Of a DNA stretch of 60,931 bases, positions 1 through 10,360 are shown piece after piece. How positions within the stretch are numbered: position 1 is the stretch's first letter; each line of letters opens with the position of its first letter. The position numbers and the translations under genes are program-made. The notes beneath the pieces are model-generated. The model was not told the DNA's origin. It saw nothing but the letters and a program-made list of their open reading frames with translations, and did no database searches. This DNA comes from Bacteroidales bacterium. Its GTDB lineage: Bacteria > Bacteroidota > Bacteroidia > Bacteroidales > PUMT01. The stretch is from NCBI GenBank assembly GCA_007134675.1, contig SLKJ01000001.1, positions 1-60,931 on the forward strand, given 5' to 3'.

Positions 1-521
1 GGTGAATATTGCCGATATTGCATGGCAACCGGATTACCTTCATTCCATGCATATACACGAAGATGATTGAATTTATCTATTGTTCTGTCATATACAGTTA
101 TATTTCCATCCCAGTAATCAGGAAAATCTATTTCAACTCCTTCAGCGGGGAAACGCATTTGTGCCGGTAACCCCGAAGTGCCGGTTGCCTGCCTCTTGTT
201 TACCGTCAGTACCGGGCCGTCTTCATCAGCAGTAGTCACATAAAGACCATGAGGTTTGTCGCCAACATTAATGTTCAGTTGACTTCTCTTAAGCCAATCA
301 ACCACAGCAGGATGATTCTCATCTGCATATATTGCCCCTGTGCCTATGGGCCGGTGATGAGCACTATACTGATTAAATGGATTGTAAAACCAATCTTTTT
401 GATAATCCTGTGCATAATTTGTCCGGGAAACAAAAAGAAGACTGATCAATAAGGAAGACAAGATTAAATTATTAAATGATTTGGTACTGAACAAACCTGT
501 TAAATGGTATTCTGGTTTCAT
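1..521 (-). CDS. Secreted hypothetical protein, N-terminal part only (runs off the left edge; absent from the ORF track)
   Basis: Manual translation from ATG 521 is open to position 3: MKPEYHLTGLFSTKSFNNLILSSLLISLLFVSRTNYAQDYQKDWFYNPFNQYSAHHRPIG... Signal-peptide-like N-terminus ending NYA-Q. Confidence 0.75.
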   Translation of the reverse strand, partial: MKPEYHLTGLFSTKSFNNLILSSLLISLLFVSRTNYAQDYQKDWFYNPFNQYSAHHRPIGTGAIYADENHPAVVDWLKRSQLNINVGDKPHGLYVTTADEDGPVLTVNKRQATGTSGLPAQMRFPAEGVEIDFPDYWDGNITVYDRTIDKFNHLRVYAWNEGNPVAMQYRQYS

Positions 522-668
522 TGTATATTGGTTTTTTATGATATTTTCAAATTTACAATCTGTTACTTAAATATCCGAATTGAAATAAACGCCGGTTTTA
601 ATTCCACTTTACATGGTAGCGGTCTGACATCAATCCGGTTCCATGGATGACCGGACACCGAAGGCTGC

Positions 669-2291
669 CTATAACTTCGAAATATACAACACAATTGGTA
701 TATTTCGCCAGAACCACCAGTCTGAGGGTGGTATAGCCATACCAGTATCAAGACCTTCAGCTGCCCTTTTCTCTCCCGTATATGGCTGAATCCATACAGC
801 TTCATAACCGGGTGTGATTTCAAGGATTGAAATATCAAAAGGTTCGGAGGAATCGAATCTGTAAAAAATAAACTCCCGATTATCGTCACTGACCATACAA
901 TAACCTTCGGAATCATTTACCAAAGAAGAAAACTCGGGCAGAAGGACCGCCGGTATGAAACGGGAAAAACCAACATGATTGAAGAAATCGCTCATCACCT
1001 TAAGATAACTGTATCCCTGCGGAGTATGATCGTACCTTATCACATCCCAGGCAGTATAAGTATAATAATAGGTACTGTAGGCCCCTGCCATCGCTATTTG
1101 CCAGGCCCTGCGGTAGTTTTCCTCCGGACTGACTACCGGGCCGCGAAATAATTTGTCATCCATCCCTCCTGGTCCGTGCTCATAGGCGTATTCAATATTC
1201 ATTACAGGCCACTCCCTGTATTCTCTCATTTCCAGCGCTCTTTGATGCCTTGTCTCCAGATGATACTGGTCGGGATGAAAATCAATCAGGTCATCATAAT
1301 GTGATTCGAAAATTTTATCATCGTCATGAAGTGTAACCAGCCGGCCATAAGGATCAGTATCTCTTATTAGCTTTAACCTGTTTTTCTTGTATTCAATATC
1401 GGTTGTGTAATATGACTCCTTGGCATAATCCCACACAATATTGGGATAAGCTGAATAACGACTGATTACATATTTAAAATACCTGTCATCATCTTCACTG
1501 GCGGGCTCGGGCCAGTTAACTATTTTATTTGTAACCGTAAGCATTAAATGAGCAATAATACCCCTTTGATGCATCGCATAGATTACTCTGTCGAAATGCT
1601 CCCAGAAGGGAATATACAGTACAGAATGGTCAGGGGAAAAATTATTTCCTTCCCAGGGTATCATCAGTGGTGGTCCGAAATCATAATCCGAGGTGATACC
1701 GGGAGACCATCTGGTATCATAAGCATAAACATTCATAACTATATAGTTGAATCCAAATAGGGAGATTTTATCGAGGAACTGTTCTGTAATGCTAATGTCT
1801 TCATTCCCCTGGTCAATACTCCAGAGCCAGTCACATTCATATCCGCTTATAAAAGGAACCGTGCCGTCTTCAAATATGAAATGCCGGGGATTATCACTAT
1901 CAACAAGTAATTGCCCCCGTACGGCAGAGTTTTCATTCCCGATACAAACAAACCGTTCTTTATGACCGTTTAGTTCTTCAATATCCGAATGGGTAACAAA
2001 AAACCAGGTTCCTTCCATATTGGCCGAAATCCTTATTACCATATTATTGTTCCCATTATAAAATCCCAATGCCGTAAACTCAGTGCCATCAGGCCGGGTA
2101 ACCTGCGCTGTAAGCTTCACATCAAAAGGATTTTGGACTTTTCCTGCATCAAATTCATAGACAAAATCATGAGGCTCCCACTTTCTTATTTCGGGAACTT
2201 CATAACCACACCCGGGAAAACAAATTGCAAATAACAAGAAGATCAGGGTAGTATTAACAATCTCTGATGCCAGAAAATTTGTCTTTTTCAT
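669..2291 (-). CDS. DUF5060/DUF4038 (apiosidase-like TIM barrel) putative glycoside hydrolase, probable lipoprotein
   Basis: NPFDVKLTAQVTRPDG...GFYNG N-domain, HFIFEDGTVPF, RYSAYPNIVWDYAKE and PVMNIEYAYE motifs; hydrophobic stretch ending FPGC. Confidence 0.7.
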   Translation of the reverse strand: MKKTNFLASEIVNTTLIFLLFAICFPGCGYEVPEIRKWEPHDFVYEFDAGKVQNPFDVKLTAQVTRPDGTEFTALGFYNGNNNMVIRISANMEGTWFFVTHSDIEELNGHKERFVCIGNENSAVRGQLLVDSDNPRHFIFEDGTVPFISGYECDWLWSIDQGNEDISITEQFLDKISLFGFNYIVMNVYAYDTRWSPGITSDYDFGPPLMIPWEGNNFSPDHSVLYIPFWEHFDRVIYAMHQRGIIAHLMLTVTNKIVNWPEPASEDDDRYFKYVISRYSAYPNIVWDYAKESYYTTDIEYKKNRLKLIRDTDPYGRLVTLHDDDKIFESHYDDLIDFHPDQYHLETRHQRALEMREYREWPVMNIEYAYEHGPGGMDDKLFRGPVVSPEENYRRAWQIAMAGAYSTYYYTYTAWDVIRYDHTPQGYSYLKVMSDFFNHVGFSRFIPAVLLPEFSSLVNDSEGYCMVSDDNREFIFYRFDSSEPFDISILEITPGYEAVWIQPYTGEKRAAEGLDTGMAIPPSDWWFWRNIPIVLYISKL

Positions 2292-2464
2292 CTCTTTTTT
2301 TTTAATGATGGTAAATGTAATTATTTTTAGGTCAACGATATTTATTTTGGATAAAAGAATTCATTTGATAAAACAATGGATCTTCCGTCTCCCCAAAGGT
2401 TTCCCTGGTATACATCATGATCGTCGGGTGTGACAATTATGGGTATACAAATAAGAGCAACACA

Positions 2465-5400
2465 CTAGTCGTTGCGCAACGAAGCGGTAAGATTGCCGCC
2501 CCTTATCATCAGCAGGGAGGTGACCGTTATCCAGAGGAGGCCATGGAGGAATATGGCCACGACCATGACTGCCAGAAAACCCGGGTTGATCTGTTGTGAG
2601 CCGGGCATAAGAGATGGAACTATGGCTATTATGGCAGGCGGTATCCCCGCCGCCAGTCCCCCGACCAGCAGAAGAAGGTATTCACGCACAATGATCATGT
2701 TGATCTGCGATCTCCTGAAGCCAAGCGATACATAGAGTGCCAGCTCCATCCTCCTTTCTGCAATGGACCGGGCCATGACCACTGCCAGACCGGCTACCCC
2801 CAGAAGTATTCCGAGGGCGCCAAGCATCATGAAGATTGCAAGATAGGTGTTTTCTACCGAGTTGAACTCATTAAGCCGCTCGGCCGCGGTTGCCATTTCC
2901 CATCCCTGATCGTTGAATATGAAGCCAAGCTCTTCGCGCAGTTCCTCCTCCCTGTCGTGTTCAGCATCGATCAGGAAGAAGCTGCTGCCGCTTGTTGAGG
3001 GGAAATGTTTAAGAAAAATATCCTCAGAAATGATGACATTGCCCTGAAAGATCGAGTTTGCCAGTCCACCGACCAGCAGCAGCCCTATCTCCCGTCCCCG
3101 TTCATCGGTATAGAAAAGTGTGTCGCCAACCCTCTTGTTCAGTCCCCATTGTATCACAGCCTGGTCGGCAATGGCCGGTATCAAAGGCGTTGAGGCCCGT
3201 GAGGGTTGTACCTCACGTTCGGCGGTTACAGTTGACTGGTCCTCTGCCGGACCATGCGCTGCCGTGCCGGCCCCACCATTGTTGGTTCTTATGGTGGCCG
3301 GGCCGGCATCACTCCCGGGCAGCTCTTTGTTAAGGCTCTGCCAGGGGTTGTCGTTGTCAAGCCAGTCTGTGTCTCTTGCAAAGCTGAACCTGCCTTCAAG
3401 GTATGAAGGATCGGTTGCTATAATACGAGGATTTTCTACCTCGTTAAGGTTCAGACAGCTTGCATCGTCGGCATAACTTGCCATGAACTGTACAAAACCC
3501 ACATCAGGGGGTATGTTCAGATCAAGACGGGTCTCCCTGCTGTTAAGATTATGGAGGACCGGCACCGTAGATTCGGCTACGAAGAGGAACCCACCGGTAC
3601 CTCCTTCAGGGTGCAACTCTGCAGTTGCGGCATCTTTCCTGAAAGAGCCGGTTGCGATGATCACGAATATGCCCAGCGCAAGCAGTATGATCACCATAAG
3701 GCTCCTGGTGCTGTTGCGTGCCAGGTTCCTGATGCTTAGCCGTGTCATGTCTATTCTGTCATATGCCCTGTTTGCTACCAGCATCAGCAGCACACGAACC
3801 AGCAGCAGTACAGCCACAAGTAGCAGTCCCCCGCTAACGAAAAAGCCCACAGGGCCTGCATCAAGGCCGGTAAAAAGCTGCAGCAGAAGAGCTGTCACTC
3901 CGGCAAATGTAAAAAGCAGTGCAACCGACAGAGTGAAGTTGTGACTGGAATCTGCCTGTCTGCGGGGTTGTATATAAGCCAGTAACTTTTTAAGCATGTT
4001 ACCGTCCGTTAATTTCGTGCCGGTTGAAGAAGTTGTTATCAGCCATTTTTTCCTGGCAGTTCTCTCGTATATGGCAGAGCCATCATTGCCTTCGTCAGTG
4101 GAGTCGGAAGGGTTAGTTGCCGGTTTTCTGAGAATGTACCTGTTAATACCGAAGAAGGTAACCAGCAGGGCGATGGCGAGCGAAATTGTGAGTCCACCGA
4201 TTAATGAAAAGGGATTTATAACCAGTACCAGCAGGTCAGTGCGCACGATATCCTGCCACACCTCCATCAGGGCGTACCTTACCAGCTCGCCGTATCCAGC
4301 TGCCAGCAGAAGTCCCGCGAACCCCCCGGCCACAGCGACAAGCATCCCTTCGCCCATGTATATCTTTCTTATAAGTGCCGGTGTATAGCCCAGGGAAGAG
4401 AAGAGTCTGACCTGAGAGGATCTTCTTTCGAGGTTGAAAAGCATCAGCAGGAAATAGAGCATCACACCCGCCAGCATCACGAAAAAGCCGAGTCCCCCGA
4501 AAAGCATCCCGAAGTCTATTCCACCCGCAGCAGCCTCCAGTCCCTGCTCCCTCAGACCGTTTACCTGGAAGCCCATCTGCAGGGGGTCAGCAACCCGGGT
4601 GATGGTATTGCGGACCTGCCGGAGGTCGCTCTCTTCTCCGGAAAGCCAGACAGAGGTGAGGTTGCCGAACCTGTTTGTCCACAACCGCTGTCCCTCTTCG
4701 AGCGATATGTATGCCTTGGGTGTGCCCCGGTAGCCGGTCCAGTAATCTTCATCGGCATCTCTTATTCTGTCGAGCGATATGGGTACCCCCGCGTCCCAGT
4801 CCCTGCAGCTCCCGGCATCCGACAAACCCGGCAGGAATGGCATCAGTGTGCTGTCGGCTGCCGACCGGTCCATGCCGATAATACCGGTAACAACCAGTCT
4901 GACATCCCTCTCTTCCAGCTCGCGGCGGGGACCGGTTTCAAAATAGCTGACCATCAGAGTGTCGCTGATGCCAGCTCCAAGATCATCGGCCAGCCAGCTG
5001 TTTATAACAGTTTCCCCCGGCCCGAGTCCGAATTGTTCAGTGGCTGCAATAAAGGAATAGGGGGTGTTGTTATCGCCCTTTTCGATAGAGTTTACAAAGT
5101 AGGTAAGCACACGGTTGGCTGTGGGGAATGCTTCGCTGAGCCTGGCGGACAGGTGCTCTTCGATGAACACCCTCTCAGAGCTTATCTCTGTCATCTCCAC
5201 GTCGTTCCTGTATTTTACAACCATGTTCCCATCTTCCGGCTCAAAGGAGTCCTTCAGGTGCGCCTTCAGATCCCTGCGATCTGCATCTTCATCAGAAAGA
5301 AAAAGGGCGTTGGCCATGCCGTCGAGCCCCATCACGGTATTGAGCCAGCAGATATTAACAAACACGTTGAAAGGGGCCGTTTGTGATACACGGAGGTTGA

Positions 5401-5977
5401 ACCGGCCGTAATCGTCATCCTCTGCAATGGCTACCACCCTTACCCTTCTGGTAACCGTCTGGTTGGCATCCGACACCAGCGGGGTATTCATCGGTATTAC
5501 CCCTGCGCTCTTCATGCGCAGCATGAAGTGATCATCAGGTTCAAGCTGCAGCCGGCTGGCCATGTTGGCGCTTATCACCACCTCACCCGGTCCGGCAGCA
5601 CCATAATCAAGGCCGCTGCCAAGCATTGAGCTGAAACGGTCGTCAACACCAATCACCTGGACACGGTTCAGGCGGTCAGCACCCCCTCCGGCAATGGCCA
5701 TCCCTTCGGCCACCAGCGCCCGTGAAATCTTAATTCCGCTCTTCTCTTCGAACCTGTCGCCCATCTCAATTGTAAAGAGTCTGTCGCCAGCAGTTACAGA
5801 ATGGGTGATACCACCCAACCGCATCATGACCGCCTTCTCGAGAGAATGGCTCAGAGAATCGCCAATGATAAATGCTCCGGTTATTACTGCAGTGGCAACG
5901 GCAAGTCCCCCTGCAGCAAGCATGTTGCCCCTGAGATAGTGAATGAATGATCTGGTTATTAGTTTACGTAAGCGCAT
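2465..5977 (-). CDS. Large FtsX/MacB-like ABC transporter permease (duplicated architecture, 1170 aa)
   Basis: Two repeats of TM, large periplasmic domain, then 3 TMs; FtsX signatures NLERRSSQVRLFSSLGY and IAERRMELALYVSLGF; adjacent ATPase gene. Confidence 0.88.
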   Translation of the reverse strand: MRLRKLITRSFIHYLRGNMLAAGGLAVATAVITGAFIIGDSLSHSLEKAVMMRLGGITHSVTAGDRLFTIEMGDRFEEKSGIKISRALVAEGMAIAGGGADRLNRVQVIGVDDRFSSMLGSGLDYGAAGPGEVVISANMASRLQLEPDDHFMLRMKSAGVIPMNTPLVSDANQTVTRRVRVVAIAEDDDYGRFNLRVSQTAPFNVFVNICWLNTVMGLDGMANALFLSDEDADRRDLKAHLKDSFEPEDGNMVVKYRNDVEMTEISSERVFIEEHLSARLSEAFPTANRVLTYFVNSIEKGDNNTPYSFIAATEQFGLGPGETVINSWLADDLGAGISDTLMVSYFETGPRRELEERDVRLVVTGIIGMDRSAADSTLMPFLPGLSDAGSCRDWDAGVPISLDRIRDADEDYWTGYRGTPKAYISLEEGQRLWTNRFGNLTSVWLSGEESDLRQVRNTITRVADPLQMGFQVNGLREQGLEAAAGGIDFGMLFGGLGFFVMLAGVMLYFLLMLFNLERRSSQVRLFSSLGYTPALIRKIYMGEGMLVAVAGGFAGLLLAAGYGELVRYALMEVWQDIVRTDLLVLVINPFSLIGGLTISLAIALLVTFFGINRYILRKPATNPSDSTDEGNDGSAIYERTARKKWLITTSSTGTKLTDGNMLKKLLAYIQPRRQADSSHNFTLSVALLFTFAGVTALLLQLFTGLDAGPVGFFVSGGLLLVAVLLLVRVLLMLVANRAYDRIDMTRLSIRNLARNSTRSLMVIILLALGIFVIIATGSFRKDAATAELHPEGGTGGFLFVAESTVPVLHNLNSRETRLDLNIPPDVGFVQFMASYADDASCLNLNEVENPRIIATDPSYLEGRFSFARDTDWLDNDNPWQSLNKELPGSDAGPATIRTNNGGAGTAAHGPAEDQSTVTAEREVQPSRASTPLIPAIADQAVIQWGLNKRVGDTLFYTDERGREIGLLLVGGLANSIFQGNVIISEDIFLKHFPSTSGSSFFLIDAEHDREEELREELGFIFNDQGWEMATAAERLNEFNSVENTYLAIFMMLGALGILLGVAGLAVVMARSIAERRMELALYVSLGFRRSQINMIIVREYLLLLVGGLAAGIPPAIIAIVPSLMPGSQQINPGFLAVMVVAIFLHGLLWITVTSLLMIRGGNLTASLRND

Positions 5978-6072
5978 CTTTTTACTTTTATGCCCGGGTT
6001 GGTGAACCCTTTCTTTGCCCGGTCAGGTCACCGGCCGAAAACCATCGGACCAGCAGCCGGCCTGCAGGCGGC

Positions 6073-6759
6073 TCAGCTATCTGAATTTTCGGTCAGTCTG
6101 CCTTCCTTCAGCTTGTATATTTTATCCATTCCCGAAGCCACGCCTGGGGCATGAGTTACAACAACCATTGCTATATTCTCCCTGGCACTGAGGCTTGTAA
6201 GTAGCTCAGTCAGTATCGAGGCATTCCGGTTGTCGAGCGATCCGGTTGGCTCGTCGGCCAGCAGCAGCGAAGGTTTGTTGATTAGAGCCCTTACCACTGC
6301 GGTCCGCTGGCATTCTCCACCTGAAAGCTCGCCGGGCTTCTGGTGGCGTATGTCCCAAAGTCCGGTTTCACGCAGCAGCTCCTCAGCCCTTTTGTACACC
6401 TCCTTCATATTGCCGTTTAGCGGGAGTGCCGGTATCAGCACGTTTTCCCACAATGTGAGCTGCGGCAGCAGGTGGTGGGACTGAAATACGAAGCCTATCT
6501 CCCGGTTCCTGAATGCTGCAAGTTCTGCCGTGTTCATCCCCGAAAGGGAATAACCCCTGAAAAGGATTTCACCCTTATCGGGGAAGTCAAGGGTGCCTGC
6601 CAGGTTCAGGAGCGTTGTCTTGCCCGACCCGGAGGGGCCGGTTATTGCGATTCTCTTACCTTCGCCGACAGCGAGGGAGAGGCCGTTCAGAACCTCGCGG
6701 ATTGTCCTGCCGTAGCGGCTTTTGTATGATTTTGAAATATTGCGTGCTTCAAGCAACAT
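6073..6759 (-). CDS. ABC transporter ATP-binding protein, LolD/MacB-type
   Basis: Walker A GPSGSGKT, GFVFQSHHLL, signature LSGGECQR, Walker B LLLADEPTGSLD, H-loop VVTH. Confidence 0.93.
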   Translation of the reverse strand: MLLEARNISKSYKSRYGRTIREVLNGLSLAVGEGKRIAITGPSGSGKTTLLNLAGTLDFPDKGEILFRGYSLSGMNTAELAAFRNREIGFVFQSHHLLPQLTLWENVLIPALPLNGNMKEVYKRAEELLRETGLWDIRHQKPGELSGGECQRTAVVRALINKPSLLLADEPTGSLDNRNASILTELLTSLSARENIAMVVVTHAPGVASGMDKIYKLKEGRLTENSDS

Positions 6760-6820
6760 GAAATATGGTGTTGTTTAGTTTTGTGATCTGACTAAGCGTT
6801 TTATGAGAATTCTTCCGACA

Positions 6821-6829
6821 GTAAAAATA
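6821..6829 (-). promoter_or_regulatory. Putative Bacteroidota -7 promoter box (TATTTTTAC variant) for the ABC genes
   Basis: Lies between the upstream terminator and the ATPase start; resembles the TAnnTTTG consensus. Confidence 0.35.
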
Positions 6830-6851
6830 CCCATTTAATGACAAATAAAAT

Positions 6852-6878
6852 AAAAGCCGGAAGGTATTCCGGCTTTTT
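6852..6878 (-). terminator. Rho-independent terminator after the collagen-like lipoprotein gene
   Basis: AAAAGCCGGAA-GGTA-TTCCGGCTTTT perfect inverted repeat with A/T tails, about 20 nt after the stop at 6900. Confidence 0.85.
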
Positions 6879-6899
6879 GATAGAACATAAAAGGGATTA

Positions 6900-7568
6900 T
6901 TAATTTATTCCAAAATAATCTATTACTTCATAGTAATTGTCAACATTAACACCGGCCTTTTCCATTTCAGAGAGGATGTCTTTCTTTCCTGATGATTTTG
7001 TGAATACATTGTTATCGGTAATCAACAAAAAGCGGTATGCATCGGCTGCCGGGACCAAAACACCTGTTGTCTGGAAGGCGTACAACCTTATCGTGTTCAA
7101 GTTATAGTTGTGGAGAATATACTGCCTGTTGGAGCCATCCGAGGTTTCCCATATAAAGGGGAGGGAATACCATGCATTTCCGAAAAGGCTGAAATATCCC
7201 AGAACTAAGCCGTGTTGAATGATGTCCTCATTTACCTTTTCTGTGGTAAGAGTGAAGACATTGGATGTCCGGCCAAGGTAGGCTCCTGATGTCCATTCGA
7301 CTTCACTGTTAAGTAAAGTTATGATCGTAACATTGGCATTTCCATCAGCACCGTCAGCACCGTCAGCACCGTCAGCACCATCAGCACCATCAGCACCATC
7401 AGCACCATCAGCACCGTCAGCACCATCCTGACCCGGGGGCCCTTGCTCACCTTGCGGGCCCATTGGTCCCATCGGTCCCATCGGCCCTTCGTCTCCCTCA
7501 CAGGAAACAAGAGCTGCTGAAGTTAAAATGAGCAGCACATAGATTAATTTTGAAAAGGTTGTTTTCAT
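6900..7568 (-). CDS. Collagen-like surface lipoprotein
   Basis: Lipobox LVS-C followed by acidic EGDE; 18 consecutive Gly-X-Y triplets; C-terminal globular domain. Confidence 0.85.
   Translation of the reverse strand: MKTTFSKLIYVLLILTSAALVSCEGDEGPMGPMGPMGPQGEQGPPGQDGADGADGADGADGADGADGADGADGADGNANVTIITLLNSEVEWTSGAYLGRTSNVFTLTTEKVNEDIIQHGLVLGYFSLFGNAWYSLPFIWETSDGSNRQYILHNYNLNTIRLYAFQTTGVLVPAADAYRFLLITDNNVFTKSSGKKDILSEMEKAGVNVDNYYEVIDYFGIN
7344..7424. repeat. 9 x 9-bp coding tandem repeat encoding (Gly-Ala-Asp)9
   Basis: Units atcagcacc/gtcagcacc counted directly. Confidence 0.95.
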
Positions 7569-7793
7569 AATCTCAAGATTAGGTTAATTTAGATTAAATA
7601 AAAGCAAGTTAGAGATTAATTTAATTAATTACAAAATTTTCAAAAATTATTTTGTTGCATGATCTTTAGTTTAGCTGAAAACTTGCATATCCTTACTTGC
7701 CGGATCAGCAGGTTATAGCTTGCATTTTTTTCTCATATTTCATAATTTCCCAGCCCGTTAAAAAAATAAAATGGCCCATTTAATTATTCCCAC

Positions 7794-9248
7794 ATGGCTG
7801 AAGATATTTATGATAAACTGAGCGATCCTCTGGCGCTTACCATCTTTATATTGACATTGTTAATACCTGTTGCAGTGGGGCTTCTGGCTATGCTTCGCAC
7901 CCGGAGCCAGTCCGATTTTTTTGTAGGGGGGAGGGCCATGAACGCTTTTGTCGTCGGACTTTCGGCTGTTTCGTCGGGACGCTCGTCGTGGCTGGTTCTC
8001 GGGGTGAGCGGTATGGCCTATGTTTCCGGTGTTGGCGCTATCTGGGCCATTGCAGGATATACCATGGTAGAGGCCTGGCAGTTCATATACCTGGGCAGGA
8101 GACTCAGGAAAGAGACACAGAGATTTGATTCCATAACCCTGTTGGACTATTTTGAATCGAGGTTTAATGACAAAACCGGACTGCTTCGAATTACCGGGGT
8201 CATTATCATGATCATCTTCATAACGGCATATGTTGCCGCACAGTTCAATGCCGGGGCGAAGTCGCTTTCCACTGCAATGAATATGCCGCTGGCTGTGTCG
8301 CTGGGTATCTCGGGACTGCTGGTGATGGTCTATATGGTTCTTGGGGGTTATGTAGCCGTGGCATACAATGATGTGGTGAGAGCTCTTATTATGCTGATTG
8401 GCCTTGTAGTGCTGCCGGTAGTGGGTCTCGTAAATATTGGAGGTGTAGGGGTGTTGAGGGATGTGCTCATGGGTCTCAGCCCTGAGCACCTTGACTTTTT
8501 TTCACTCGGAGCGGGTGTTATATTCGGTTTTGTGGGTATCGGACTGGGCTCTCCGGGACAGCCCCATATGGTAATCAGGTACATGTCGATCAGGGATCCC
8601 GTGCAGCTTAAATATTCGGCCATATTCGGCACCTGCTGGAATATAATACTTGGTATCGGTGCAGTGAGCATCGGGCTTGTCGGACGACTGCTGGTGCCGG
8701 AGATCAGCCGCCTGCCCGACGAGGACCCTGAGATGATATACCTGGTGCTCTCTTCGGGATATTTCGGACCGGTGCTGTACGGACTGCTGGTGGGAGGGGT
8801 GTTTGCCGCGATATTATCCACTGCCGACTCTCAGCTCCTGGTCGTTGCATCAACATTTGCAAGGGATCTTTATGAAAAGGTAATTGCCAGGAAGAGGCAT
8901 ATTGAAGAAAAACGGAAAATGTATCTGAGCAGGGCGGTGGTCATCCTCTCCGGCATTCTTGCTCTTATGCTTGCCTGGATTGCGGAGGACCTGGTTTTCT
9001 GGCTTGTGCTTTTCGCCTGGGGGGGACTGGGTGCTGCGTTCGGTCCTGCGCTTATCATGTCGCTTTTCTGGAAAAGGGCCACCAGGGAGGGAATTGCAGC
9101 CGGAATGACAGGAGGTGCTGTAATATGTATCGGCTGGTACCTGTGGTTCAAGGAGTCCACTGGTATTTATGAGCTGATACCTTCATTCGCCGGCGCTGTT
9201 ATACTTATCGTGGTTGTCAGCCTGGCTACTGGCAGGGGAAACCGTTGA
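7794..9248 (+). CDS. putP: Sodium:solute symporter, sodium/proline (PutP-like)
   Basis: DFFVGGR, SAVSSGRSSWLVLG, GSPGQPH, AAILSTADSQLL, FAWGGLGAAFGP; about 13 TM helices. Confidence 0.82.
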   Translation: MAEDIYDKLSDPLALTIFILTLLIPVAVGLLAMLRTRSQSDFFVGGRAMNAFVVGLSAVSSGRSSWLVLGVSGMAYVSGVGAIWAIAGYTMVEAWQFIYLGRRLRKETQRFDSITLLDYFESRFNDKTGLLRITGVIIMIIFITAYVAAQFNAGAKSLSTAMNMPLAVSLGISGLLVMVYMVLGGYVAVAYNDVVRALIMLIGLVVLPVVGLVNIGGVGVLRDVLMGLSPEHLDFFSLGAGVIFGFVGIGLGSPGQPHMVIRYMSIRDPVQLKYSAIFGTCWNIILGIGAVSIGLVGRLLVPEISRLPDEDPEMIYLVLSSGYFGPVLYGLLVGGVFAAILSTADSQLLVVASTFARDLYEKVIARKRHIEEKRKMYLSRAVVILSGILALMLAWIAEDLVFWLVLFAWGGLGAAFGPALIMSLFWKRATREGIAAGMTGGAVICIGWYLWFKESTGIYELIPSFAGAVILIVVVSLATGRGNR

Positions 9249-9340
9249 CAACTCCTCCTATTGTCATGAGAAAGTGGCATTGAAAATGTTAAATTATATT
9301 AAGGTAACTTGCAGTTTGATTATTTTTACATTAATTTAGT

Positions 9341-10360
9341 ATGAATAAAAATTGCAGTATGGAGAATAAATATTCAAGACGTGATTTTATCCAGACTTTG
9401 ATGGCCGGAGTTCTGATGTTCCCGGTTGAAAATCAGACGACCAGCAATGGTCTTATACCATTGCGGCCGTTGGGGAAGACCGGCGAGAAGGTATCTATGA
9501 TCGGTTTTGGAGGATGGGACCTTGGGTTTATTGATGAAAAGCTTGCCATACGGATGATCCATCAGGGGGTTGACGCTGGAATTACCTTTATCGACAATGC
9601 CTGGGAATATCACAATGGACGTTCGGAAGAGGTAGTTGGAAAGGCTGTGGCAATGGGCAGGATGCGTGATAAGGTATTTTTGATGAGCAAGGTTTGTGCC
9701 CGTGATTACCAGGGTGCAAAACGTCACCTGGAAGATGGTTTACGACGATTAAAAACTGATCGTATTGATCTTGTTATGTTGCACTCTATCCAATATGATG
9801 GCGACGGTGAACGTGTATCTGATCCGGAAAACGGGGCCGTAAAAGCCCTGGTGGAAGCCAGAAAAGAAGGTAAACTCAAGTATATAGGTTTTTCAGGTCA
9901 CCGTGATCCGGAGATCCATCTTGAAATGTTAAATATGCCTGTTGAATGGGACTCCATGCTGCTGCCCTTAAATATTATGGATGCACATTATAACAGTTTT
10001 CAAAAAAAAGTGTTGCCAATCCTGCTTGATCGCCAGATAGCTCCATTGGGTATGAAATCACTGGTTGGTCGGTTCAACCGAATAACTGAAAGGATCAATG
10101 TTTCGGCAGAGCTTTGTCGCTGGTATGTCATGTCACTTCCGGTGAGTACCCTGGTTTGCGGATGGCAGAATATAAATCAAATGCAGCTTTGCATAGATAT
10201 TGCGCGTGATTTTAAACCTCTCACCAGTAGCAAAATTGAAGAGCTGCTTGATTTATCAGAAACTCCCGGATCTGACGGGGCATCCGAGTATTATAAAGAC
10301 GGTAACCGTGGTTATGGTTGTTCCTACCATGCAGGAATTTTGAGGGAGCAACAGGGTTAG
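9341..10360 (+). CDS. Aldo/keto reductase with twin-arginine-like N-terminus
   Basis: SRRDFI motif; RPLGKTGEKVSMIGFG, IDNAWEY, MSK, LRRLKTDRIDLVMLH (D-Y-K-H tetrad). Alternative start at 9359. Confidence 0.88.
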   Translation: MNKNCSMENKYSRRDFIQTLMAGVLMFPVENQTTSNGLIPLRPLGKTGEKVSMIGFGGWDLGFIDEKLAIRMIHQGVDAGITFIDNAWEYHNGRSEEVVGKAVAMGRMRDKVFLMSKVCARDYQGAKRHLEDGLRRLKTDRIDLVMLHSIQYDGDGERVSDPENGAVKALVEARKEGKLKYIGFSGHRDPEIHLEMLNMPVEWDSMLLPLNIMDAHYNSFQKKVLPILLDRQIAPLGMKSLVGRFNRITERINVSAELCRWYVMSLPVSTLVCGWQNINQMQLCIDIARDFKPLTSSKIEELLDLSETPGSDGASEYYKDGNRGYGCSYHAGILREQQG

